From positions 1 to 45,454 of IMG/VR virus record IMGVR_UViG_3300017761_001092: a stretch of DNA of 45,454 nt. One strand, 5' to 3'. Numbering within the stretch: position 1 is the first letter of the stretch; each line of letters opens with the position of its first letter. The notes beneath the pieces were generated by a model. The model was not told the origin of the DNA. It saw only the letters and a list, made by a program, of their open reading frames with translations, and ran no database searches. The translations under genes and the position numbers were made by a program. This DNA comes from a virus. Taxonomy: Duplodnaviria; Caudoviricetes. This document shows, in pieces, positions 1-9,833 of the stretch.

Positions 1-29
1 GGATGTTGCGACTCAGCTAAAAATTACAC

Positions 30-58
30 TTGAATAACATAATTGTTAACAATATATT
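30..58 (+). promoter_or_regulatory. sigma70-like promoter TTGAAT-N17-TATATT
   Basis: Hexamers at 30-35 and 53-58; ATG 9 nt downstream at 68; no Shine-Dalgarno visible. Confidence 0.5.
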
Positions 59-67
59 TCATACTTT

Positions 68-1798
68 ATGCAGCCCATCAAAACAGCTAACGCGATGAAT
101 CCAGCCCCAGCAAAGGGGATTCAATCACTTCCAACTCCAGTAATAGATGATGTAATTATTACTGAAGTCGTAAATTCGTGGAAGGGCGACTACCAGAAGC
201 TGGAGTATGGTACGATGTGGGATAGTGTGCCGCACGGATCACAGCAGGGCAGCTTCCCAGAGCATAAGCTGGTCTTCCAGCAGGTGTCTAGCGAGGATGG
301 TCAGTGGGTCAAACGCATCTGGGTCAATGATCGAGTAAACCAAGACAGCTATAACTACGCAATCAAGTACAGCGCAGGATCGCTGGCTCATCCAATTTAC
401 ACAAGGACATACATTGTTCCGAGGGATGGATACACTCCATTGCCTGAAGGAACTCCAGATACAATACTTCCAACAGCAGTATTAGTTGACGAAGAAGCTG
501 AAAGAACAGGTAACGAACTTGATTCAAGGTATATTACCGTAACAAGGGTTTATGAAACACTGCCTGGCCCAGAAGTTCCAACAAGGAGATACAACCAGCG
601 AGGCGACCTTGAGACTGTAATTGTTCAGACTGTAGGCTCAAATGTGCAGCCAGACCCAGATGGGCTGTTAGTTACTGTATCGCAAGTTGAGCAGGTTGAA
701 GTTGGAAAAGGTGTAAAAACTACAGCTACTGTTGAAGACTATGCGGTGCTTCAAATTAAAGAGAAAAAAGAAGGATTGCTTGGAGAAACGGTAACAACTG
801 ATGACATTGTTACTCCATCAACAAATCCAGATGCGTTGTCACAGACAATTGTATCTTCTGTTGTAGAGCAAGTTTCCGCAACAAAAGCCAGAAAGAGAAC
901 CACAACTGCATCAGGCCCAACAAATCTAACAACAACGTCTCTTGTTGATAGTGCCGTTGGAAAGGTTGCTGCAAGTGTAGAAAAAAGTATTGTCCCAATT
1001 GGTCAGTCTCCATCTGGAGGCAAGGACGTGTTGCAAGACGAAATTAGCGCAATAGACTCTGTTAAGGCGCAAAGGGAAAGAGTAATCGTTCCTATATATC
1101 CAGAACTAACAACGTATGAATTAGATGAAACCCTTGGAGTTGTTGTTATAACTGATAGAGAAGTAATTGATCACAATACTCCATACTCCGCACCTCCTCT
1201 GGTTCTTACATCACAAGATAGACCGATTGACCAATGGAAAACATTGAGAATAACGAGCAGGATGGCAAATCTTCCAGTTGAAAGAATTGAGTATAAAACG
1301 CAGCAGTTTGTTTTTCCTTCTTTGCTCAATTTAATAAATGTTGTTCAGGCGAATATTGGGTTTGGGAGAATACCAATAAACGATGAAGACAGTGAATATG
1401 CTACAGGAATAAATAAATTTGTATCAGTAACTCCTTCAATCAGACCAGCGTTAAGCTTGCCGACACTGATTAAAGTTGTTACAAATTTTTATACATCCCC
1501 TCCAGCAGCAGAGGTTCCATTTAAAATTATATCTCAAAACTTAGCATATAATGGAGCATTGTTTTCATTTAATTTTGGAGATGCATTGACTAACGGCTTT
1601 ACCATTGGGCCGATTACAGCAGCCACTACCGACCCAAGAAATTCCGGCCTTGTTGAAACCGTTTCTTTTCCAGCATCAACCCCAACAAAGGATGTATATC
1701 TTAGTTTGATTGGAACTGAGATCGTTATATTTTCTGATGTTGAATATTATCGTTCAAATATTTGGATCAAAAGAACCGGATATGTTACATTAATATGA
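68..1798 (+). CDS. putative virion/tail structural protein with internal ~55-aa repeats
   Basis: 576-aa ORF rich in T/V; repeated 'V.S.VEQV..K..K.T.T' units; sits in the tail gene cluster. Confidence 0.5.
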   Translation: MQPIKTANAMNPAPAKGIQSLPTPVIDDVIITEVVNSWKGDYQKLEYGTMWDSVPHGSQQGSFPEHKLVFQQVSSEDGQWVKRIWVNDRVNQDSYNYAIKYSAGSLAHPIYTRTYIVPRDGYTPLPEGTPDTILPTAVLVDEEAERTGNELDSRYITVTRVYETLPGPEVPTRRYNQRGDLETVIVQTVGSNVQPDPDGLLVTVSQVEQVEVGKGVKTTATVEDYAVLQIKEKKEGLLGETVTTDDIVTPSTNPDALSQTIVSSVVEQVSATKARKRTTTASGPTNLTTTSLVDSAVGKVAASVEKSIVPIGQSPSGGKDVLQDEISAIDSVKAQRERVIVPIYPELTTYELDETLGVVVITDREVIDHNTPYSAPPLVLTSQDRPIDQWKTLRITSRMANLPVERIEYKTQQFVFPSLLNLINVVQANIGFGRIPINDEDSEYATGINKFVSVTPSIRPALSLPTLIKVVTNFYTSPPAAEVPFKIISQNLAYNGALFSFNFGDALTNGFTIGPITAATTDPRNSGLVETVSFPASTPTKDVYLSLIGTEIVIFSDVEYYRSNIWIKRTGYVTLI

Positions 1799-2361
1799 TT
1801 GACGATTACTCCTACTCACCTAGAGAACTCCCGCAAAAAAACTCAGAATCATTTGGTCTTGGTGGAAGGCCAAATGAAGGATCTCGAGGATTGGGCGGAA
1901 CATTAATAGACTCTGGAAGCGTAGGAAGTGGTAGAGTTAGCGGCGGCGGAATACTGGAATTAGAAGGGCCGCCTGGACAAGATGGATTAAACGGTCAAAC
2001 CGGAGCGACAGGTCCAGCTGGTACAGGTGTAGCTGGTGCAAGCGGAGCGACAGGCGCAACAGGCGCAACTGGTGTGATTGGAATTGAGCCTACAATAAAT
2101 GGTATTGTTGTAAGTAATGGCGATACAAATGAATTTGAAATTTTAGGGAATGTATCAAGTTCAATTTTAAGCACAAATAGCTCTAATGAATTATATTGGC
2201 AGGAATTTCCAAATGGAAACAGTAATGGAGATATGTTGGTATGGTCTGCTGGCCAATGGTCCTTATTGCCACCACCATCCGGTAGCGGGACATACGTTCT
2301 TTCGTCTACTGGAGGAATCCCAACTTGGCTTGAAACCGAGTCATGTGATACCCCACCTTAA
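1795..2361 (+). CDS. collagen-like tail fibre/accessory protein
   Basis: GXY repeats (GATGATG); start at ATG 1795 gives an ATGA overlap with the upstream stop; C-terminal GDMLVW...PPSGSGTYVL...PTW fibre-type motifs. Confidence 0.6.
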   Translation: MIDDYSYSPRELPQKNSESFGLGGRPNEGSRGLGGTLIDSGSVGSGRVSGGGILELEGPPGQDGLNGQTGATGPAGTGVAGASGATGATGATGVIGIEPTINGIVVSNGDTNEFEILGNVSSSILSTNSSNELYWQEFPNGNSNGDMLVWSAGQWSLLPPPSGSGTYVLSSTGGIPTWLETESCDTPP

Positions 2362-2420
2362 TAATTTGCTTGATTTAAAATATTAAATAAATATAACAAT
2401 AAAAAACATAAATATAAATT

Positions 2421-2984
2421 ATGACTCCTATAAAAAATAATTCACTTTCAGATTCATATTCAAGATTTTCTGGCCCAACAGTAACGCTTACTTCAATTGG
2501 TTCTGGGCCTAATATAAAAAGCAAAAAACAATCAGCGTTAGAACGATATGAAGCAGAAAAGGCTGTTAGACAAAAAGAATTTGAAGAGATGTACGGAAAT
2601 CAAGGCTCTTATGAAAGAAAATTATTTACTGAAAGGGATATCGCTGAAAGACTCGATCCATCGTTAAGGCTTGGAAGAAATGTAAAAGATAGACTTACTA
2701 ATTTAGCAAATCAACGTATGCAGCAAGCAGATAGAGCAGAAGCACAGAATAGATATAATTATAACTTGGCGGCTCCATTCCGTGGCTCAGGACAGAATAC
2801 CGAGGAAGACTACAGAAGGTATAGTAACTACCAACAGGTTCAGCGGGGAACGCCTCAAGGACAATTTTTAATGCAGCAACGGGCAGCTCAACTTGGCGGT
2901 AATGTTAACAGTGCGGAATATAGGGGCGTTCAGCAACAACTAAGAAACGCAGTACTTGGGCCAAGTAAAAATAATCTTTATTAA
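2421..2984 (+). CDS. hypothetical protein (possible internal virion protein)
   Basis: 187-aa ORF rich in Q/R, preceded by an AT-rich intergenic region. Confidence 0.5.
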   Translation: MTPIKNNSLSDSYSRFSGPTVTLTSIGSGPNIKSKKQSALERYEAEKAVRQKEFEEMYGNQGSYERKLFTERDIAERLDPSLRLGRNVKDRLTNLANQRMQQADRAEAQNRYNYNLAAPFRGSGQNTEEDYRRYSNYQQVQRGTPQGQFLMQQRAAQLGGNVNSAEYRGVQQQLRNAVLGPSKNNLY

Positions 2985-2989
2985 TTTAA

Positions 2990-3967
2990 ATGAGAATAAC
3001 ACTTGGAGAAGCGAGGCAACAACTTTACGCCTCAATTGTTCCTTCGCTTGATAACCAGGCGAACATAGATCGCTTTAATTCATATCTCAACCTAGCTCAA
3101 GAAAGGCTGATCAATAGCGGTAAGTGGAATGGAACGATTCTTCCAGTTAGGTTCTATTCTCCGAGTGGGATGATTACGCTTCCAAGGCGGTTTACTTCAG
3201 CCCTAGCTGCGAAGTGGAGCAAGGATACCGGCAACGGAAACAACGCTACTGGGCCAATCAAAATCCGCAATGGATGGTTTACATATCTAACTCCTATTTC
3301 AGACTTGTGGACGGCATCGTATTGGCCGAGGTATGGCTATAACGAGACATTCTTTGACGACCTTGGGGATGGATTCGTTACGTTTGCCAATCCAACATAC
3401 GATACGTTTACTCTAAGAGTTGAGATTGAAAATGCCTCTGATGAAAACAAGCAAGTTGTTATTAAAGGAAAAGACGAGAACAACAATGACGTGACAATTA
3501 ATGTTGTATTGAATGATCCAGACACTACGACAACTCAAGTATTCAAAAGCATTACGTTCTTTCAGAAAGCAATTACAAATGGAGGAATCAACCTTTACGC
3601 AGTAAGCGGGGCTAATGAGGAGCAAATCGGCGCATACGAGACAACGGAGACAACAGTAAGCTATCATCGTTATGCAGTGCCTAACGAGCCTACGATCAAC
3701 TATCTTGATGTTCTGTGCAAGATTAGGTTTGTTCCGTGCGTATATGATACGGATGAAGTTATTGTTTCCAATCTTGGCGCACTGAAGAATATGCTCACAT
3801 CCCTTCGATTTGAAGATGAAGCCGACCTAGAAAGGTCTGAAATGTTTTTTATGAAAGCACTACAATTACTAAATGGAGAAAGCCGAGAGATTCGCGGTGG
3901 ATCACAATGGAAGCTGAATATTGATAGGGCATCCTTTCAGTTTGAGAACCTTTGGCCAGGAAGATAA
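2990..3967 (+). CDS. putative head-tail adaptor / tail tubular protein
   Basis: N-terminal 'TLGEAR...YLNLAQERLI' helix and C-terminal helical segment resemble podovirus adaptor proteins; structural context. Confidence 0.5.
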   Translation: MRITLGEARQQLYASIVPSLDNQANIDRFNSYLNLAQERLINSGKWNGTILPVRFYSPSGMITLPRRFTSALAAKWSKDTGNGNNATGPIKIRNGWFTYLTPISDLWTASYWPRYGYNETFFDDLGDGFVTFANPTYDTFTLRVEIENASDENKQVVIKGKDENNNDVTINVVLNDPDTTTTQVFKSITFFQKAITNGGINLYAVSGANEEQIGAYETTETTVSYHRYAVPNEPTINYLDVLCKIRFVPCVYDTDEVIVSNLGALKNMLTSLRFEDEADLERSEMFFMKALQLLNGESREIRGGSQWKLNIDRASFQFENLWPGR

Positions 3968-3970
3968 ATT

Positions 3971-5140
3971 ATGGCTATATTTTCACAAACCCCAGGTGAG
4001 CTTGAAGTAAAGGCCGTTTTAGGAAACGACTTCCTATGCAACCTAAACTTTGACGTTACAATTTCAGACTATGAGTTTGAGGCAGGAATCATTCTTCAAG
4101 AGTTTCCAAGCAAAACAATCTTTCCTATTTCAGTAATTGAGGAATCGGCAAATAAAATCAGCCTTCAACTATCAGCACTAGAAACTGAAACTATTGGGGT
4201 TATTTCTAATAGGAAGTGGTTCTTGAATTGGTCTGCTGGCGGTGCAGTTCAGACAATCTTGAGCGGAATGTTTCAAATTTCGGATGTTCCAATTGGATTG
4301 AATCAAGGGCAAGACGTTGATGTATCTGTTAATTTTGATGATGTAAATATCACAATTTCATCGGTAGCGGCAGTTGGCGCGACTGGAGCTACTGGCCCAA
4401 TTGGAGCTACTGGTTCAACTGGGGTTGGATCAACTGGATCTACTGGAGCAACTGGAATTGGAACTATTTTTTCTCCTACGGCTCCAGCTCCTGTTAATGG
4501 ACTAAACTGGGTTGATACAACAACAATGCGTTATTATCAGTATTACGCTGATGGAACAAGCAGTGCATGGGTTGAGGTATCAAGTGCATTTGTTGGTCAA
4601 ACGGGAGCAACCGGAGCAACTGGACTTGGAGCCACTGGAGTAATTGGAGCTACAGGAATTCAAGGAATTCAAGGAATTCAAGGGCCAGTCGGAACGCAAG
4701 GAATACAGGGATTAATTGGCCCAATTGGATCAACCGGAGCGACTGGATTTGGCGCAACTGGGGCTACTGGTGTTATTGGATTAACTGGAGCTACTGGATT
4801 GCGTGGTGCAACTGGTTCTACTGGAGCCGGAACAACCGGAGCTACTGGCGCGACCGGATTAACTGGAGCAACTGGTTTGGGAGCAACCGGATTAAATGGA
4901 GCTACAGGATCTACTGGAGCCACTGGCATTGGATCGACTGGGGCAACCGGGATTGGAGCAACTGGAGCAACTGGAGTTATGGGGTCTACAGGGGCAACGG
5001 GAATTGGAGCAACCGGAGCCACTGGCGCGCAGGGAGCATCTGGGTTGTTATCTATTTCTGGAGGCATTACATCAATAGCCGTTGTAAGCTCGCTTCCAAT
5101 TACACCAGATCCTTCAACTCTTTATATCGTTACTGAATAA
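3971..5140 (+). CDS. collagen triple-helix repeat tail fibre protein
   Basis: Long GATG/GXY repeats; '[14 protein letters not shown]...WVE' fibre motif; C-terminal '[13 protein letters not shown]'. Confidence 0.75.
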   Translation: MAIFSQTPGELEVKAVLGNDFLCNLNFDVTISDYEFEAGIILQEFPSKTIFPISVIEESANKISLQLSALETETIGVISNRKWFLNWSAGGAVQTILSGMFQISDVPIGLNQGQDVDVSVNFDDVNITISSVAAVGATGATGPIGATGSTGVGSTGSTGATGIGTIFSPTAPAPVNGLNWVDTTTMRYYQYYADGTSSAWVEVSSAFVGQTGATGATGLGATGVIGATGIQGIQGIQGPVGTQGIQGLIGPIGSTGATGFGATGATGVIGLTGATGLRGATGSTGAGTTGATGATGLTGATGLGATGLNGATGSTGATGIGSTGATGIGATGATGVMGSTGATGIGATGATGAQGASGLLSISGGITSIAVVSSLPITPDPSTLYIVTE

Positions 5141-5148
5141 TACAGGTT

Positions 5149-5946
5149 ATGCCAGCAACTGATAAAATATTTGCAGGATCAGCTCCTGTCGATTCAATTA
5201 GTATAGGTGGAACAACCGCAAACTCTGCTTTTTATGGTTCAAGAATGGTATGGTCAGCATTTACTCCACCAGCAATACCAGGATTGCGTTTATGGCTAGA
5301 TGCTTCATTTGGTTTGTATAACTCTCAAGTTGGCGGGGGGCCAGTAAATGAGGGTGGAGTTGTTGCGAGATGGGAAGATTTAAGTGGTAATAATTTTAAT
5401 GCAATAGGATCAAATGGGCCAACATTACAACTTGAGCAAGTAAACGGAATGCCGTGCTTGTTTTTTGGAGGTTCAAGCTTTTTACAAATTCCTAGCATCC
5501 TAAATGGAACGTCTGCTACAGCTTTTGTGGTTGTTAAACCAAATTCAACAGGTGGTGATAGCGGTGCTCTTATTGGAAACATTGGGCCGTCTAACTCGCA
5601 TTACCCATATCAAGGCGGGGATATTTTTGACGATTTTGCTACGACTGTTAGAAAGAATAATATTGAGCAACCAAGCGGATTTTTTGCATGGCATCTTTAC
5701 AATGTTCTAAGTGAGGAAAATAACTGGCAATATATATTTAATGGAAATTTACATTTTTCAACAGCCTCTAACACATACACGTCTGGACCGCAAGTGCCAG
5801 GGCCATTTATTGGAAAATCAACAGATGGTGGAACCTATAGTTTTGTAGGATCGATTTCTGAAATAGTCGTATATAATTCAGCCCTTACTACTCCACAACT
5901 AGAACTAGTGACGGAATATCTTAGGGGGAAATATGCTCTTTTTTAA
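5149..5946 (+). CDS. LamG/concanavalin A-like lectin domain protein (receptor-binding candidate)
   Basis: 'LRLWLDAS...VARWEDLSGN' and 'GSISEIVVYNSALT' motifs. Confidence 0.75.
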   Translation: MPATDKIFAGSAPVDSISIGGTTANSAFYGSRMVWSAFTPPAIPGLRLWLDASFGLYNSQVGGGPVNEGGVVARWEDLSGNNFNAIGSNGPTLQLEQVNGMPCLFFGGSSFLQIPSILNGTSATAFVVVKPNSTGGDSGALIGNIGPSNSHYPYQGGDIFDDFATTVRKNNIEQPSGFFAWHLYNVLSEENNWQYIFNGNLHFSTASNTYTSGPQVPGPFIGKSTDGGTYSFVGSISEIVVYNSALTTPQLELVTEYLRGKYALF

Positions 5947-6018
5947 TAAATAGTTTTACAAACATATCTTATAATAATAAAAGATTAAATATATAACTAA
6001 AGCAACATATCATAATAT

Positions 6019-7446
6019 ATGCCAATAGACTTTCCAAATAATCCGCAACTAAACGAAGAATTCACTGCCGCTGGTAAAACGTGGAAATGGAACGGATTTG
6101 CGTGGAATTCAATTACTCTTACTCCGGTAGGAGCTACTGGTGCTACTGGCGCACAAGGGAATCCTGGCGCAACTGGAATTGGGTTTGATTCATCTGCGTG
6201 TGTGATAGCGCAAGTTGGAGATGATCTAATTGCAAAGTATGCAGAAGCTGCAGCATTGACTCCTAATGGCTCTGCTAGGTCAAACTTTAATCGAGCAAGT
6301 CTTGTTATATTCCCAGGCACATATACACTATCTGAAACGCTTAATATCAGTGCTAGTTTTGTTGATGTTATTGGATTAGGATCAACAGATAAGAGTCCGC
6401 TCGTTTTAATTTCAGATTACGGAATAGATGTTTCCGCAAGTATTGTTAAAATTGTAGGCATTGGTGTATTGGGAACAGGCGGAGGAGGATTTAATGTTTC
6501 GGTTGGATCAACTTCACAAGTTTTTGAGAATTGCTTATCTTACTCCGCAGGTGCTTTTGGTGGAAATGGAAATTATAAAGGCTGTAGTTCCTCGGGAACA
6601 GGAGTATTTAACGGGAATGGAGTATACGATAATTGCTATAGTAACTACGATTCCTTTAATGGTGCTGGAACGTATGTGGATTGCTCAACAGCTGAATCTT
6701 CGTTTAACGGAAATGGTGCATCTTATGTTAATTGTACAGCCGCAACAAATTCATTTAACGGCGGTGGATTATCGTATATTAATTGTACTGCTCAATCCGG
6801 GTCATTCAATGGAAATGCTGCATCTTATAAGGATTGCACTGCTGGTGATGATTCATTTGATGGAGATGGAGTATATACAAATTGCTCCGCTGGCAATTCA
6901 TCATTTAATGGGGCTGGTGTATCATATACTAATTGCACTGGATTGAATTATTGTTTTGGAGAAACAACACTTGAGGGTATATATAAAAACTGCACTTCTG
7001 GAGACTATAGTTTTGGGTTTTCATCTGATTCTCCAGTTACAATCATCGGAACATTTGAAAATTGCACTGCTGGAGACTATAGTTTTGGAAACAGCCCTGA
7101 TGTTGTGAATATTGATGGAGCTACGTTTAAGAATTGTCATGGTGGAACTCAATGTTTTGGTTATAGTGTGGCGGCAGATGTTAATATTATTGGAAATAGC
7201 ACGTTTGAAAACTGCACTGCTGGAGACTATAGTTTTGGATACGCGGAAAACGAGACGGCAACAGTTGGGCCTGCAACATTTACAAATTGCGTTGGGGGTA
7301 ATACAAGTTTTAGTGGTGCTGGATTATTAACTGGGAAATTATTTTATTGCCGAATTACTTTAGGAACATTCCAAACGCCAACTGGAGCTGGAGTTATTCG
7401 CCTGTGCATTGACGGACTCAATGATGTGATAAATCTACCTGCATAA
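6019..7446 (+). CDS. tail fibre/spike with Cys-containing beta-solenoid repeats
   Basis: N-terminal 'IDFPNNP...WKWNGFAW' module, a short collagen stretch, then many 'Y.NC.A...SF.G' repeats. Confidence 0.65.
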   Translation: MPIDFPNNPQLNEEFTAAGKTWKWNGFAWNSITLTPVGATGATGAQGNPGATGIGFDSSACVIAQVGDDLIAKYAEAAALTPNGSARSNFNRASLVIFPGTYTLSETLNISASFVDVIGLGSTDKSPLVLISDYGIDVSASIVKIVGIGVLGTGGGGFNVSVGSTSQVFENCLSYSAGAFGGNGNYKGCSSSGTGVFNGNGVYDNCYSNYDSFNGAGTYVDCSTAESSFNGNGASYVNCTAATNSFNGGGLSYINCTAQSGSFNGNAASYKDCTAGDDSFDGDGVYTNCSAGNSSFNGAGVSYTNCTGLNYCFGETTLEGIYKNCTSGDYSFGFSSDSPVTIIGTFENCTAGDYSFGNSPDVVNIDGATFKNCHGGTQCFGYSVAADVNIIGNSTFENCTAGDYSFGYAENETATVGPATFTNCVGGNTSFSGAGLLTGKLFYCRITLGTFQTPTGAGVIRLCIDGLNDVINLPA

Positions 7447-7512
7447 CTTTTTAGATAGCAATAAAAGTAAATAGTGCTATATATCAATCAATAATCGTTA
7501 AACAATAAAACT

Positions 7513-8034
7513 ATGGCTACAGCATTAGAAAAATTTGGCAAGTTCCAACCACTTCAAAGTGAATACAAGCGTTACATGATGGAACGTGAACGCAATCGTG
7601 AGAAGCGTCCTCCTGAAGCTGGAGCAAGTTACCCTAAGCGCGCAGTAGATGAAACAATCCGTGAGCGTGTAGATAGGTATCGTGATAAAGAATTTCTTGA
7701 TAAAGAACTTGAAGACGAGAAGAAGTTTAAACAAGAATACATCGAGGAAGGCGATCAGCTTCCAGAAACAGATGTTAAGCCAAGATCAAGTGTGAATCGT
7801 ATGCAGCGCCGGATGCGTGAGTCTCTTGGCGAGATGGATGAAACTCCTACAATTACTATTACAAAGAAAGCCAAGGAGCCTAAAGAAGAGAAGCCTAAGT
7901 ATATCGCTGGATTTGAGAAAGCAGGTAAGCCATCTACAATTCGCGTTGGTGGAAGGAAGTCAGCATTCACGCCAGAAGAACTTGAGTCTCGCAAGAAAAT
8001 GCTTCGTAGGAACGCTGTATTTGGGAGGAAGTAA
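7513..8034 (+). CDS. hypothetical protein, putative internal virion protein
   Basis: Charged 173-aa ORF; first of a tightly spaced cluster leading to the giant protein. Confidence 0.5.
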   Translation: MATALEKFGKFQPLQSEYKRYMMERERNREKRPPEAGASYPKRAVDETIRERVDRYRDKEFLDKELEDEKKFKQEYIEEGDQLPETDVKPRSSVNRMQRRMRESLGEMDETPTITITKKAKEPKEEKPKYIAGFEKAGKPSTIRVGGRKSAFTPEELESRKKMLRRNAVFGRK

Positions 8035-8036
8035 GT

Positions 8037-9080
8037 ATGGCTGAACCGCAATTTACAGAGGCTGGTCAATTCGGAAGAAATTTACGAGGTGCGCTTGCTG
8101 ATGCATATCGTGGATTCAATTCTGGATTCACGAAATATGTGCAAGAGCCTTTGTTGAATTTTTATCCTCAAGTTATAGCAAACCCAACATATTCCGCAAC
8201 GGAAGCTGTTGCTGGCGCATTTGACACTCCACTTAACTTGGGTAGGTTTCCATATTATAATATTGAAACGGAAGATGAGCGTAACAATAAATTGATTCAA
8301 GAATCTGAACCTCCAGAACCTAAGCCAACACTTGCTAATAGAGATTTGCTTTCTGAGTATTACGGAGGATTTGATAATGTTCCATTAAGAAAAGCCAAGC
8401 CCATTACAGAAAAACTTTATCGCGTAATGTTTGCTGGTGAGGGGGCAGAGAATTCTATTATAGCAGAAACAAAAGAAGAAGCAGATAGGATTTTAAAAGA
8501 GAGTGGAAAGAAGGGAGCTGTTGCTGGCGTTAATATGCGGCAAAAAACTCGCGGTGGTGAAATGCTAACGGCAGAGCAATCTGAAAAGCGATCTGAAGAA
8601 TATATAGGAAAAGCAATTGCCCCACAACAAAAAGAAACCAATAGACTTGCTTTGCTTGAAAAATATCGTTCTCCAGAATATAAACAAGAAGTGTTGGCTA
8701 AAAGAAAACAGGCCAATGAAGCGAAGGCAGCAATAGATAAGGCCGAAGGAGCTAAGTTTGCGGGATGGCTTTCTAACGTAAAGGCAGGGCGAGCATCTGA
8801 AGGCGCACTTAATGATTATAATAAACAACTTGGATTATTAAAGCAGTCGTATGCTCAAGCGAGGGCAAGCGGAGATCCATTGGCTGCATTCCAAATTAAT
8901 GAATACATTCAAGAGTATCAGAGCGGTATTCCTAAAGAAATGGGCGCACGTAAAAGGTTTGCTGAATCTGGAGCATTGCGTGAAAGAAATGAAATGCTTA
9001 GAAAGAAAATGGAAGAAGCAAGGATTCAAGCAGAAAGAGATCGCCGACTTGCAATGGTTAATCCAGACTATAACAGATAA
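8037..9080 (+). CDS. putative internal virion (ejection) protein
   Basis: 347-aa helical, charged ORF; position before the giant protein. Confidence 0.5.
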   Translation: MAEPQFTEAGQFGRNLRGALADAYRGFNSGFTKYVQEPLLNFYPQVIANPTYSATEAVAGAFDTPLNLGRFPYYNIETEDERNNKLIQESEPPEPKPTLANRDLLSEYYGGFDNVPLRKAKPITEKLYRVMFAGEGAENSIIAETKEEADRILKESGKKGAVAGVNMRQKTRGGEMLTAEQSEKRSEEYIGKAIAPQQKETNRLALLEKYRSPEYKQEVLAKRKQANEAKAAIDKAEGAKFAGWLSNVKAGRASEGALNDYNKQLGLLKQSYAQARASGDPLAAFQINEYIQEYQSGIPKEMGARKRFAESGALRERNEMLRKKMEEARIQAERDRRLAMVNPDYNR

Positions 9081-9086
9081 AACAAA

Positions 9087-9830
9087 ATGGCCGAAAGAAG
9101 AAGAACTACAATTGGTGATCTTAACATCTCAAGAGGCGGATATAATCCGCTTCAGAGGGCGCTTCAATCTGAACTTGCAAGAACGCCTGCGGCTTTTGAT
9201 TACTCGGAACTTGATCAGAAATATCCTATGAGGCAAGTTACTCCAATGACTCCATCTTATATTCAGCAAGAGATGGATGAAGAACGCATTGTACAAAAAG
9301 AGAGGCTTGCTAATCAGAGAATCAGGGAGGCTCAGGCAAGTATTTATGAATCTAAACTGAATGAAGACATTGCAGCAGCAGAGCAAGTTCCATTAGCTCG
9401 AGAATATTTTTCAAAATTAAATCCACAGAGCGCAGATTGGCCGGAACAACGCGATGCTGGATTTGCACAATTCCCGCTTATAGAGAACCACTCATTCGCA
9501 AAAAGCAGAATAGCAAGCATGGATAGGCTATATGACAATTGGGCTAAAAAGAATCTTGCTGTAAATAATCTTACTCTAAAAGATTTGGATGATTCTTATA
9601 AAATAATTCAAGGCATAGAACAAGCTGCCGCTGGAAGAGAGCAGACACCAGAGGAGCAGGGTTTAATAAGTGTGCATAAGGCAAAATTGAATGCAGGGCT
9701 TAAACAACAGGGTGTTGTTTTGGAAGACCCAGATATTGCACAAGCAAAAAGCCTTATTTCCAAGCGACCAGAACTAAAGGATGAAGTAAATAAAAGATTG
9801 ATTTCCGCAGGGAAACAACCTATCCCTTAA
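9087..9830 (+). CDS. putative internal virion (ejection) protein
   Basis: 247-aa helical ORF immediately upstream of the giant protein. Confidence 0.5.
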   Translation: MAERRRTTIGDLNISRGGYNPLQRALQSELARTPAAFDYSELDQKYPMRQVTPMTPSYIQQEMDEERIVQKERLANQRIREAQASIYESKLNEDIAAAEQVPLAREYFSKLNPQSADWPEQRDAGFAQFPLIENHSFAKSRIASMDRLYDNWAKKNLAVNNLTLKDLDDSYKIIQGIEQAAAGREQTPEEQGLISVHKAKLNAGLKQQGVVLEDPDIAQAKSLISKRPELKDEVNKRLISAGKQPIP

Positions 9831-9833
9831 TGT

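Noticed and set aside
4370-5040. Short DNA repeats (actggagca, caaggaatt) resembling an array
   Set aside because: Coding collagen repeats with no unique spacers; not CRISPR
4678-5067. Minus-strand Pro/Val/Ala-rich ORF
   Set aside because: Antisense shadow of the GATG collagen repeats
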